Source: Amoeboaphelidium occidentale
Lineage: Eukaryota
NCBI GenBank assembly: GCA_023515795.1
Contig: JALGPX010000097.1
Span: forward strand, 1 to 54,011
Direction: 5' to 3'
DNA: 54,011 nt
Made by a program: the position numbers and the translations under genes. Shown one piece after another: positions 33,765 through 46,757 of this stretch. Each line of letters starts with the position of its first letter. Positions within the stretch are counted from its first letter, which is position 1. The notes beneath the pieces were generated by a model. The model was given only the letters and a program-made list of their open reading frames with translations, did no database searches and was not told the DNA's origin.

Positions 33765-36700
33765 ATGAAACAACATGAACTATTCAAAGCCTGTGTAGTA
33801 GTATCATTCAGCTACTTCGTATCTGGTCTTGAGCATGACAAAAGCTTTCTAGTTCAAGATAGTTTTGGAAGCGTGGCCTGCTTAGCTGCTTACAACGATT
33901 CTGTGTATATCGCAAATTCAAACGATGTAGTTCAAAGGGATACTGAAACAGGAGATATACAGAGGACATTCAGAGCTCATCAGAACTCCATTGTATCGTT
34001 TATTATTTCTGAAGACTCTAGGATGATTACATCGGCGTACGATGATTTGATAATTATTTGGAACCTTCATACTGGTTCGATCTTGAAAAGGATTTTTGTC
34101 GGAGCATCCAATACCCAGATCCAGAGCATTTCATATCAGAACGGAAAGATTATAATGGGAGGAGCTGATCGCAAAGTAAGGCAGCTTGATTTGGCCACTG
34201 GTCGAGTATTGAAAACTTTTGGTAAGAGAAATGCCTTGAACGCACACTAAAATTCCTCTAGATCTCAATGAATTTATCATGAAAGTTTTAGCACAAGATG
34301 ATCATGTATTCGTTGCAAAGACAATGGCGCCCTTTGTCATCAAAATGTCGATTTTGGATGGTAGACCTTTGATGTTTTACACAGGCCACTCTGAGTCGTC
34401 GGCTTCTATCCACTTGTATGAGAATATTTTGTTTTCTGGGTCAGTAGATTCATCTATACTGAGTTGGGATGAGAGCAGCGGGGTATTGATTCGATCATAT
34501 CAAGCGCATTTCGGCTTATTGTACGTGGTCGTTGTCTACGACGGACTTCTTTACTCCGCGGGCCTAGACAGAAGAGTGATTCAGTGGAATATTGAAACAG
34601 GCCAAATAATCAAAACATTTTCCTCATCGTCATTTACACAAGCAATAATGTCTTTGGCATATTTACCCCAGACGTTGTTTTCTGGATCTGCTGATGCTAC
34701 AGTAGTGAAATGGAATACTACTACTGGTGATGCTTTGATATCATACAAACGGAACTTTAGGAAACAGATAGTTGTTGGTGCATGGAGAAATTTGGTTTTT
34801 AGCGGCGGAGAAGACGTTACAATCAGGATCTGGGACTCATCTATTGATAGTTTGGATTCTTTCTCAGTGCTCTTTACCGATACAGAGTTTGTCTTTGTCT
34901 TGCACGTTTACAAAGATTTCCTTTTTTCTGGTGGACCAAGCAATTTATTACGCCAGTGGGATCTAGTGGAGTTAGAGTTGACGGCAAAGCTTGAAAGTTA
35001 GTTTTGCGCATAATGGAAATTAAGATTTAGGTCCCACATCAGGCTTCTCTGCCATTGATTCAGATCAGTCGTTTGTTTATGCTGGAGGGCCTCGTGCGGT
35101 TATTTATCGATGGAATATTTCATCTGGAGCTTTGACAAAGTCTTACGTGGGACATGCCGCTGCAATTCAATCAGTGATTATTAATCCTGCATCAATGTAT
35201 TCAGGGTCTATGGATAGTACAATGCGAATCTGGAATATTGAGTCTGGTGAAGTTGTCCGAACTTTCAACAGTAATTTCCGTTTCGATTCAAATAACATTC
35301 TAGGTTTTTACGTTGTTTATGATGTGTTGCTTTCTGAAGATCTTCTCATCGCATGCGCGTTGTCAAGCATGGAGGCGTTTTCATTGACGTCTGGCCAGAA
35401 GACAATCTTTTTGGAAGGTCGGTCCTATCAATCGATTTTATAATTTTTAGAGACTTTTGCATGCACTTGTATTGTGTCAAACGGAAACCGTGCATTCACG
35501 GCTCAAAGCGATGCTTCAATAAGAGTGAGGGATTTGTTTACTTTGAGTATCCTTGAGACGTTCCTAGGGCACTTAGATTCTGTGATTTCCCTCTGCTTTG
35601 ACGACTCATACAATCTGTACTCGACTGGATTCGACGGATCAATTAAGAAATGGAACATGGCCACAAGAAGAGTAGCTTTTTCCTTCGAAGACAGGAATAA
35701 TTCAGTGACAAGTTTATATGCAAACGAAATTAACTTGTTCGTCGGGTTGAGAAAAGGCTCTATCGTTCAGTACAACGTTGATAATAGTTACTTTATGCAA
35801 GCAGCAAATATTCACACTGGTGTGGTTTCTTTACTTCTCGCTGATGACGATTTCATTTATTCCTCTGGGATAGATGGTTTGATCATCCGTCACTCGGCTA
35901 TTGAAATTCAGAATCATACGATAATGCACAATACAGAGGGCAAAAATCTAAGGGGTCTTGCATTTACTAAGTTCCTTATAATTTCGATTGAAGAGGATAC
36001 AAAGATATTGATCTTACCTAAGAACAATACCGGTCTAGTAAGAAAGACAGACGTTCAAATTCCTTTAGTTTGCATTACCGCAAGAGATTCAGAGTTAATT
36101 GCTGGTTCCAGATCAGGAGGTATATATGCTTGGGACATCGAGACTCTGAAATTAAGCTTCGAATTGAAAGGTCATTATTCTCAGGTTAACAGCCTTTTGC
36201 TCGTTGAAAATTGGCTGTTTTCTGCTTCTAGTGACAAAAGTATTATAATGTGGTCATTGCAAGATAAAAATGTGATTTACATTTTCCAAAGAAGATCTGC
36301 CACCGCTTTGGGTCATTTAGGTCGAGTCAATGATGTCACATTTTGTTCAAGTACATTGTTCTCTGCTGGAGCAGACCTATCTGTGCGCCGATGGAACGTT
36401 CAGTCAGGACGTCACGAAGGTGTTTACTTTGGTTTCTCAAAGCCTGTAACAAATGTTCTTTGCTACAATTCCTCACTATTCGCAGGAAGTGAAGATTTTT
36501 CTGTTTTGATGTTCAATCCCAGTCTTCCTCGACAAACAATTTCTTCAATATCAAGCTCAAGGTCTTCAAGATCAGCAAGTACTGAAAGACGTCGAATGGT
36601 CGTGAAGGGAGCGCCTCTTGAAAATTCTAGGGCGATCAACGGTCAAATCCTTCCATATGCCGTTATTTCTGTTATTGTTGTGTTACTGGTCGTAATTTCA

Positions 36701-37516
36701 GTATTCTTATTATACAGAAGAGCGAAAGTAAAGAGCTTTTCGCCATATTCATTAACGACGACTTCCATGACCGCTAGTCAGACTGTTACAGATTTGGAAA
36801 CTGTCGTCAACTCTGTCTTGGGTATCTCAAAACATGCCGCGTATCTCTGGGAAAGTTCCGTTGTTGCTAAAAGTAAGAAACTAGCTACAGGAGGCGGTGG
36901 TGAATTGTTTCTTGCAAAGTTGATGGATTCGAATCTAAGAAGGAGATACGGCGATCAAGTGGTTCAGAAAATTACGTTTGTCAAGAGTAATCTTACGGAA
37001 GATGCTTTTTATCAAGAAGTCGGAATAATGATCATGTTGAATTCTTTTCCCCGCTTCTGTAAAATACTTGGTTACACAGAGAACCCTCTCTCAATGATTT
37101 TGAAGTATTATTCGGATGGTTCACTTCATGAATGGCTTATGAAGAATCGTTACAGCTCCGCAATTTTGTTGAAAATCACGAAAGAAGTGTCTGAAGCATT
37201 ACAGACAATGCATTCATACTATTTGGCACATTGCGATTTAAAGCCTCAGAATGTTTTAGTACAAGTTGAAAAAGGTATTCCTTCTTGCTCTTTGACCGAC
37301 TTTGGTATTGCCCAAATTCTTTCGGATACCATCATTGCGGCGAAGGCATTCAATTTAATCAGCCTAAGAGGTCTTTCAATTCCTTTTGCTGCACCAGAAG
37401 CTTTCAGTCATTTCAGATCAAAAAAATATAGTGGGGCTGATTTCAAGAAATTTGACGTGTACTCTTTGGCATGTGTTATGTACGAAGTAATCAGTAGAAA
37501 AACGCCATGGTCTTGA
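33765..37516 (+). CDS. WD40-ectodomain receptor-like kinase 2
   Basis: Signal peptide, WD40 repeats, TM, kinase HCDLKPQN/DFG/APE ending RKTPWS*. Introns 34222-34261, 34997-35030, 35271-35303 and 35418-35450. Confidence 0.9.
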
Positions 37517-37749
37517 AACTGTTCACTTGCGATTGCAATAAAAGCTATGAATTTACCTAAATAAATCCATCGGAGTTCTTAATACGGTTGGTATCTGACT
37601 AATTATTACCCTAGATAGTCTGATCGAACTTCAAAGTGATCTGTTTCATTCTTGAATGGCAGCGGACTGAAGTCAAACATTTGTTGAACGATCGTTTCTG
37701 GTGGTAGATCAAAGACGTCATAAAGAGGCAGTTTCAACTTATTTCAGCC

Positions 37750-40700
37750 ATGTTCAGCTTACTTATTTGGATATTTGCTACTCTAACATTGAGCACTTCA
37801 CTTCAACATGAAAAGAGTTTCTTGGTGCAGGACGGTGCTTCAGTGATCACTACAATAGCTATTTACCAGAACTCTATACTACTGACGTCTTCCAATGATA
37901 TCATACAGAAGGATATTGGAACAGGTCTGCAACAAAGAGTATTTAGAGCTCATACAAATCAAATTCTGTCGTTTGGGCTGACCAATGATTCCAGAATGAT
38001 AACGGCTGGTTGGGATGACATGATCATCGTTTGGGATTTGAAATCTGGATCAATAATGAAGAGGATATGGTTGGGATCATCTGACACAAATGTCCAGAGT
38101 GTATCATTCTGGAATGAACAGGTTATAACTGGAGGTGATGATGAGAAGATCAGAAGAGTTGATTTAACAACCGGAAGGGTGAGCAGGACCGTGGGTAAGT
38201 TATAAGTACAATTTTGCTGAGTCCCGTAGATTTAGGAGAACAAATCTTTTGTGTTCTTGCATATGGTGATTTTGTGTTTTTGGGCAGAAAGAGCTTTGAT
38301 GCTGAGATTGCGAAAATCCGTCTTCTGAACCTGAACTTCGAAATTGGATTAGATGGGCATTCTAATACTGTCATCTCATTACATCTTGATAACAACATCT
38401 TATTTTCAGGATCAGTTGATACTACAATTATAGCATGGAATCCGGACACAGGACAGCAACTACGAAAATACTTTGGGCACGTTTCGTATGTTTGGGCTTT
38501 AAAAACAGTCGGGGAACAGCTTTATTCTGCTGGAAATGATCAGGTCATATTCAAATGGAATATCAATGATGGCACTTTGATCCAAAAGTTTCCTCGGTAT
38601 CATATCAATAAGATCACGAGTTTGGCCATAAAAGATGATTCAATCTTTAGTGGAGCATTTGATACAGAAATCGTAAGATGGAACTTAACCACATATCAGT
38701 TCATACAAGTGTACAAAACCAGCCGATTAATGCTAAGGTCTGTCGTTGTCTGGAATGATTTTGTTCTAAGTGGAGGTGACGAGTCTGTGGTTGCAATATG
38801 GGATAAGTCAACAGATAGCATAGAGCCATTATCAATTTTAAGTGGCCATCTCAAACCTATTAATACCATGTTTATTTCTGGAGACTGGCTTTTTACAGGA
38901 AGCAGTGATGCCACGGTAAAACAATGGGAGTTGATAGACCTAACACAAATTGGCGAGTTTATCGGTAATTTCCAGCTCTATTTGCTAACATTCAGGACAT
39001 TTCGATACTGTTTCGGCCTTGACAGTTAGCGAAAATATCCTTTACTCCGGAGGAAACGACTTGGAGATAATCTTGTGGAATATCTCATCGAAAGCGAAAA
39101 TTGACGGGTTAAACAGCCACACAGATGAAATAACATGCTTGACAGCAGAAAAAGAGTTACTGTTTTCGACATCGTATGATGAAACTGTAAAAATTTGGAA
39201 TAGGGATACAGGAACTCTAGTTCAAAATTTTCAAGGTGATTTTCGGCGGTAAGAGACTGATTTTTTTAGCCACAAACTTTGTTAAAGCAGTTGTTGTACA
39301 GGAAGATCAAATGGTCATTGGCACTTACGGCGGATTATTCAAAATTCAGATTTCAACGCTTTCAAATATAGCGGAACAACTTGGTAAGATCTTTATAGCA
39401 CATTTAACACATTTAGAGAATTTTGCATGTACTAGTATAGTCTGGAGAAACCCTCGTATTTACAGCGCATACGTTAACGGCGTGATAAAAGTAAGCGATT
39501 CCGAAAATCTGAACGTTTTGGGATTCTTTTATGGCCATCAAAATATTGCTTCTTCTCTGTGCTTTGATACCTTCGGAACATTATTTTCGGCAAGTTTCGA
39601 TGGATCTACCAAGAAGTGGGATTTGGTAACAAGAAAAGTCGCATTTTCATTTGAGAATAGGCGAAACTCTGTCACTTCCCTTGCCGCTTCTGGAAACTTT
39701 CTTTACACGGGATTACGGAATGGCTTAGTCAACAAGTATGTCACAGACAATGCGATGCTGTTAGTATCCAGCAAGTTTCACGAAAAAGATGTTACATCAT
39801 TGATTATTGGGGGAGGTNNNNNNNNNNNNNNNNNNNNNAACTTTCTTTACACGGGATTACGGAATGGCTTAGTCAACAAGTATGACACAGACAATGCGAT
39901 GCTGTTAGTATCCAGCAAGTTTCACGAAAAAGATGTTACATCATTGATTATTGGGGGAGGTCGGCTGTATTCTACAGGTCTTGATGGACTGTTAATCAGT
40001 TCAAATTTTAGTTTTGATCAAGAACCTTCAAGAGTCTTCATTTCTCCCAACGCAACACTGAAGAGTATTATATTTCATTTAAACTCATTGGTCTTCATTG
40101 AGAATGATAGACTGATACTTCAGTATCCATTTAATGGCACCATGTCTACAACTATTTTTGTTGAGTCCAATGTTCCGATTACTTGTTTGGCGGCCGATGA
40201 TGAAAGGATTTATGCAGGATCCATATCTGGCGCCGTACTTTCTTGGAATGCTAATAATTCTTTATTCCAATATGAACTTAAAGGTCATACATCGAAAGTT
40301 AATTACATTCTTCTGAATTCAAATCACCTCTTCTCCGCTTCTGATGACCAGAAAATAATTAAGTGGTCATTAATTGATAGAGTTACGACCTTAGAACTAA
40401 AGCGAAATTCACCTAACACACTCGGACATTTGGGTCCAGTTAACGCATTGTCGTCATGCAAAGAATATTTGTTTTCAGGAGGTTCAGACCTTACTGTGAG
40501 GCGATGGGACGTTGAAACAGGAAAACATATCGATGTCTATTTTGGCTTTTCCAAAGTTGTAACAAGCGTTCTGTGTTTTAACAATTCGGTGTTTGGTGGT
40601 AGCGAAGACTATTCTGTGCTGCAATTCAGACCGGGGTTTAAGAAAGATGAATCGACATTCTCCACCCCAGAATCTACTAAAGCTTTTGATAACAGAAAAA

Positions 40701-41626
40701 GAACAAAAGCTGTCGCAGCACCTGCAAAACAATCTTCTTCAAGAACTGAATCCCTCCCCTTAATCATATCTTTTTCAGGTGTCGCTTTCTTGATATTTCT
40801 TGTAGCGACGATCTTTGTTTATTTGAAGAAGTTTGCTAGCAGAAAATCACCTTTAGAATCCAAAAAGACTGAGACTGACGATTGTGGCTTCACGGTTACA
40901 GATTTACAAACTGTAGTCAACACCGTTTTGGGAATATCTAAACATGCTGCATTCGTTATCCCAAATTCAGCATTAGCCAAGCAAAAGAAGATTGCTACTG
41001 GAGGAGGAGGCGAAGTTTATTTGGCAAGAATAATGGAACCTGACTTGAGGACAAAGCACGGTGATGTTGTGATCCAGAAGTTTGTTTTCATTAAGAACAG
41101 CGCCAGCGAGGATTCATTCTACCTGGAAGTAGGCATTATGATCATGTTATTGGCATATCCTCATTTCTGTCAGATAATCGGCTACACTGAAAATCCTTTA
41201 TCTATGATTTTGAAATTCTATCCCGATGGATCTTTGGAAAGCTGGCTACGTAAAAATTCCTGCAACAAGAATGTCATTGGTAAGGTTTGCAAAGATATTG
41301 CAGGAGCTTTACGTATCATGCATAGCCTTCATTTGGCTCATTGTGATATTAAGCCTCAGAATGTTCTCATTGAAGTTATGAACGGCGTTCCTTCATGCTT
41401 CTTGACCGACTTTGGTATTACGCAAGTTCTTTCTACTGAAATAATTGCAGTCAGATCATTCAATGCGATTAATTTGAAAGGTCTATCGATTCCTTATGCC
41501 TCACCAGAAGCTTTCAGTCATTTTAGGTCAAAAGCTTACACAAGAGTCGATTTCAAGAAGTATGATGTTTTCTCGTTGGCTTGTATTATGTATGAAGTAG
41601 TAACGCACAAAGCACCATGGTCTTGA
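37750..41626 (+). CDS. WD40-ectodomain receptor-like kinase 3
   Basis: Same architecture, ending HKAPWS*. Introns 38195-38229, 38965-38995, 39236-39269 and 39384-39416. N gap at 39818-39838 with a duplicated flank. Confidence 0.9.
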
Positions 41627-41822
41627 AACTGGTTTAGTTCGCGCATAAACCATGAAATAGAGTATCATCAATGATTAGGATCATAATGGCTACCATGAAA
41701 CTTCAGCCTAGATAAATCAGAGACGCTTTGCTTCAAAGGCGCTGTAAAACTCCGTGTGTGCAGTCTAAACTTACACACTTCAAACGCTTGCCGTCAAACA
41801 ACTTTATTTCACACTTATTAAC

Positions 41823-44800
41823 ATGTTGCTCTCGTTGTTGACAATATTAGCCTTTATCCCACTGGCTTCATTACTGCAGCATGAGAAGAGCTTCAAGTTT
41901 GATAACGCTGCCTCTTCTGTATTTGCTCTAGTATTGTACAATCGATCATTGCTGATAACATCCTCGAATGATGTAGCACAGATTGATATTGAAACAGGAA
42001 TCTTACAGAGAAAGTTCATTGCACACACAGCTCGTTTAAGCAGTATCTTGGTTGTCAACGGCTCCAGAATGATCACATCAGGGTCAGATGACATGATCAT
42101 CGTTTGGGACTTGGTAACTGGTTCAGTGTTGAAAAGAATCTGGCTACAATCTTCAAGAACATCTCCTTCAGATTTCTCATTAGATGGCAATAATTTGTTT
42201 GTAAGTGGTACCGATAGTTGGGTGAGGATCGTAAACATGGTCTCTGCGAAAGTTGTGCAGAGCTTCAGTAATTTCGTTCTTTGCCGCTGATCATTATTTT
42301 AGATGTTAATGCAGCTGCAAATGTGATTGTTGCACAAGATAACTACTTTTATGTTGGCAAGGAAGAAGTAAGCTCTCAGCTGGAAAAGTATTTTGTCACC
42401 GGATCGTTGATCTTGGACTATATGGGCCATACCAATTCTGTATTCTCTTTACTTCTCTGGGAGGAGACGCTATTTTCTGGATCGTCTGACAGCAAAATTA
42501 TCTGCTGGGATAAAGCCAATGGCCAAATGATCAGAACTTATCTCGGAAGCACTGATGCAACCTTTGTTTTATCTATATATGATGATTATCTATACTCTGC
42601 CGGTCAAGATCGTTTCATTATGAAGTGGAATATTGAATCGGGAAGTATTGTTGAAACTTTTCCGAAACCTCACACTGGTTTCATCTGGTGTTTTGCCTTC
42701 GAGCCAGGTAGTTTATTCTCTGGTTCTAGTGACACGACTGTCATCAGATGGGACCTTAATACTTCTTCAAGAGTATTTACATACACTGGCCGTAATATAC
42801 AGCTGAGATCCGTTGTATTGTGGAGAAACTTGGTTATAGCAGGTGGTGATAATCTGGCCTTGACAATTCAAGATACGACCCGCAATTCCATCTTCCCAAT
42901 TGAGGTGGCTTCAGGCCATTCAAAAGACGGAATAGTTTGTATGATTTTACTGGATGATGTTCTTTTTTCAGGAGGTGTCGATGCAACTATCAGAAGTCGA
43001 AATTTAATCGATTTCACTGACCTTAACATTTACTATGGTACTTTGGTTAAATATGGGTTCTAACCTTTAAGGCCATTATTACACTGTGACCTCGCTTGTT
43101 TCAGACCTTCTGTACCTGTATTCTGGCTCTGTAGATACTACCGTTATCCGATGGAATATCTCCTCAGGGTTAATCGACAAAGAATACATTGGACATGATG
43201 CAATGATACGAACAATTAAAACTAGAGAGAATTTGCTTTATTCTGGAGCTTCTAATTCTAAAGTGTTTGTGTGGGAAAAAGAAAAAGAAAACACTTTTAC
43301 TATTCTCTATTGTAAGTGTTGACTGAATTTTAACAGTTTAGCTTCCACTGACATCAGCTCAATTTTCATTTATGGCGATGCTCTTCTGATCGGCGCTAGG
43401 GGCATATCCTCCGTGTCTGTTATTACTTACGAGATTTTAGCTTGGCAACAAGGTGGTTTCTTATCTATGTTAATTAACTTTGGGTAGAACCTCATCAATG
43501 TATGGAAATAGTTGCGACTGTAAATCGGATCTATACAGCACACAGTGATGGTCTTATAAGAGGAAGGGATATTGGATCGCTTACTATTATAGAGTTTTTT
43601 CAAGGGCACACTGATACGGTGGTTTCAATAAGCTTAGATAATGCGAACGTTTTATTTTCAACTTCATTCGATGGCTCGGTAAAGAAATGGAATATGGCAA
43701 CTAGAAAAGTTTCATTTTCTTATGAGAATCGAAATGGTTCCGTTACAGCATTGACTGCGTCTAATGGTATCTTGTTCGTAGGTACAAGAGAAGGTATTAT
43801 CAATTCTTTTATCATTTCAACTTCTTACATCATCAAATCTACCAATTTCCATAAAAGTTCTGTGACATCGTTAGCGCAATCTGATGATTCAATTTTCTCT
43901 TCTGGGATGGATGGTAGGATCATTGGGCTCGATAAGGTAGACTATTCGAGCTCAATTGAATTGTATAATGCTGAATCCTTTCCTATCACAACTATGACCT
44001 TGAATGCAATGAATTTGATTTTGGTTAAAGATGAAAACGAGATCATTATTCTTCCCAGATTGAACTTTAGCTTTGATGCCAGAAGTATTGAGTCTAATCT
44101 GCCGCTTGTCAGTATTGTAGCCAATGGAGATATGATGTTTGCTGGCTCAAGAACAGGTTCAATTATTGCATGGGATGTAAAGTTTTTGGAAACTTCATTC
44201 ACCCTTGAAGAACACAACTCTCAAGTTAATTTCCTTTTAATAACAGATTCTTTCCTGTACTCAGCATCAAACGACAAAACCATCATTAAATGGTCTATAG
44301 AACGAAGGCTTCCAACGGTGTCATTCAAGAGGCTCTCTGCTAGTGCACTAGGTCATTTAGGTCCTGTTAATTCCTTATCTTTATGCAAAGGCACTTTGTT
44401 TTCTGCTAGCTCTGATTTGACCACACGCCGATGGAATACACAGACTGGAAGACACGATGATGTATATTTTGGTGCTTTAAAGTCTGTTACAACTGTTGTC
44501 TGTTACAATGGATCTGTTTTTGCTGGCAGTGAGGATTTTTCTGTACTTATGTATGTACCGATTCTACCGGTAAATGCGGATACAAAGATCGCATTGAAAA
44601 CTTCAAGAAACAACCTACGCAGCGTGAGAACTAAGATTGCTATTAGATCAACCTCTTTGAGCTCAGAAACATCACAGACTGCTCTTATTTCCGGTGGAAT
44701 ATTTGGCGCCGTCATACTTGCAGCAGCTGTTATGGCTTATTTCTTCCTTTTATCAAAACGAAAGATGAGAAAAACTGGTAAAAATTCATCAACCGAACAA

Positions 44801-45547
44801 GAATTCTCAGAATTCACTACCGATTTAGATACAGTTGTGAATACAGTGATCGGAATATCTAAACATGCTGCTTACTTAGTTGAGAACTCCAGCATCGGTA
44901 CTGTCAAGAAAATTGCAAGTGGCGGCGGAGGGGAAGTTTATTTAGCTCGTGTTATGAAATCTTTTTCGAAAGAAAAAACCGGAGTTTTGGTTATCCAAAA
45001 GAAAATATTCGTGAAGGATCGCATAACTGAAGAAGCTTTTTATCAAGAAGTTGGAATTATGATAATGTTATCACCATTTCCAAACTTCTGCCGTATTATT
45101 GGTTACACAGAGAACCCTTCTTCAATGATCTTGCAATACTATCATGGTGGTACTTTGCAGAGCTGGATCCAAGGCAACAAGATTGGTCAGGCTGTTATAA
45201 TGAAGATCTCGAAAGAAATTTCATCAGCTTTAAATGTGATGCATTCCCATTATTTGGCTCACTGTGATCTTAAACCTCAGAATGTGCTAATTGAAGTTTT
45301 TGATGGAATTCCCACTTGCTATTTAACCGATTTTGGTATAACGCAAGTTCTGTCAGAAAAGATTTTAGCGTCTCGTGCGTTCAAAGTTATCAATCTTCGG
45401 GGATTATCTGTATGGTATGCTGCTCCAGAGGCTTTCAGATGGTTCAGGACCAAAGTATACAATGGAGTAGACTTTAAGAAGTTTGATGTCTATTCTTTTG
45501 CGTGCATTGTCTTGGAGCTTGTGACCAGAAAAACTCCATGGAGCTGA
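41823..45547 (+). CDS. WD40-ectodomain receptor-like kinase 4
   Basis: Same architecture, ending RKTPWS*. Introns 42268-42302, 43038-43071, 43312-43341 and 43453-43487. Confidence 0.9.
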
Positions 45548-45893
45548 GCAAACCTTTAATGCGGAATTAAATTTTTTGAAACCTTTGAAATAAATTTTTT
45601 AATTGGGAGAGCTTGTGGTTTTTAGCGGTTACTCATACTTCGTCATTTCTTTTGGGAAACTTCACGCGTTTTTACAACACCAGACAGTCATGTGGTAAGA
45701 AATAACTACAATTGATAACTCATCATCTCTAAGAAAGGAGTTGAGTCGTCGTTTGTATCATTTTTTGCACGTGATCCTCTCCCGTAAAACTCGAAAATCA
45801 CGAAAAATGCTACAATTTAGCCCCTTTCTTTTCTCTAAGTTCTTCTGCCTCTTGAAACTCAATTCTGACAAGATTTTTATCAAAGTATTAATC

Positions 45894-46588
45894 ATGCTTC
45901 TAATTTTGCTTTTTGTCGAAGGAAATCCCGCCTGTTCGTCTTCGCTCTCGCAAATCTCTTACCACCAATGCATGAGAGCTCGTGCATCTTTCATGAAGAG
46001 CTTGAAAGAGAACGGTTTCTCCTTTATCAAGCTTAAACAAAGTCCTGAAATGATTGAAAAATGAAACCCATATTGGTTGATGTGGAAAAAACTCCTAATA
46101 TGCCATATTTCTCCTTCTACGCGCCATCTTATCTACAAGATGGCGGCTCAGCTTTCTTTGGGATTTCCGGCCGTTCTGAAACTCCTAATTATGAGCAAGA
46201 AGGCCCTGAAGAGCAACTTGTAGGATCTACAGCATCAGAAGTCCAAAGGAACTTGAGACAACTTTGCAAACAGATTGGCTTGGAGTTTGATGGTGCAAAT
46301 ATGTATGTTAATATGAATAATGCATCACCAGAGTAACCATATGAATTTAAGGCACATATCGACAGAGGATGTTCTCTGGCTTTCCTTTCTTTTTTAGAAG
46401 AGGAGACAGATAATACGGGATTATTTATCATTCAGTCAGGTGTTAAAAGGTACGTAAAACTTCCAGATGATGGTTACTTCATCGCTTTTTCCGGGAACGA
46501 GTTTCCTAAAGATCTTGGTGCTAAGCCTTTAGTACACGGGGTTGATGGTGTAACAAAGCAGCGCACATCTATTCTTTTCAGGCAATAA
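45894..46588 (+). pseudogene. 2-oxoglutarate/Fe(II) dioxygenase (IPNS-like) pseudogene
   Basis: SLKENGFSFIK N-terminal motif. After the TAA at 46334-46336 the same frame reads AHIDRG...GLFI...FSG...VHGV...RTSI, i.e. HxD...H...RxS. Frameshift near 46060. Confidence 0.65.
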
Positions 46589-46757
46589 AAGCTTGATTTT
46601 TCCCTTTTACAGACTCTTACACAAGATTTTATCACAGAGCGTTTTCAAATAAATAGCCATAGAAAATACTTCTGGTGATTTCACTGGTAATACAACTCAC
46701 CCCCTTCTTTGTTCTCCGAATCAAAAAGCGCAAAGATCTTGCCTTCGAAGATAAGGA

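Noticed and set aside
39696..39961. Duplicated WD40 blade in receptor kinase 3
   Set aside because: Copies differ by about one base and flank the N gap at 39818-39838, so this is likely an assembly artefact.
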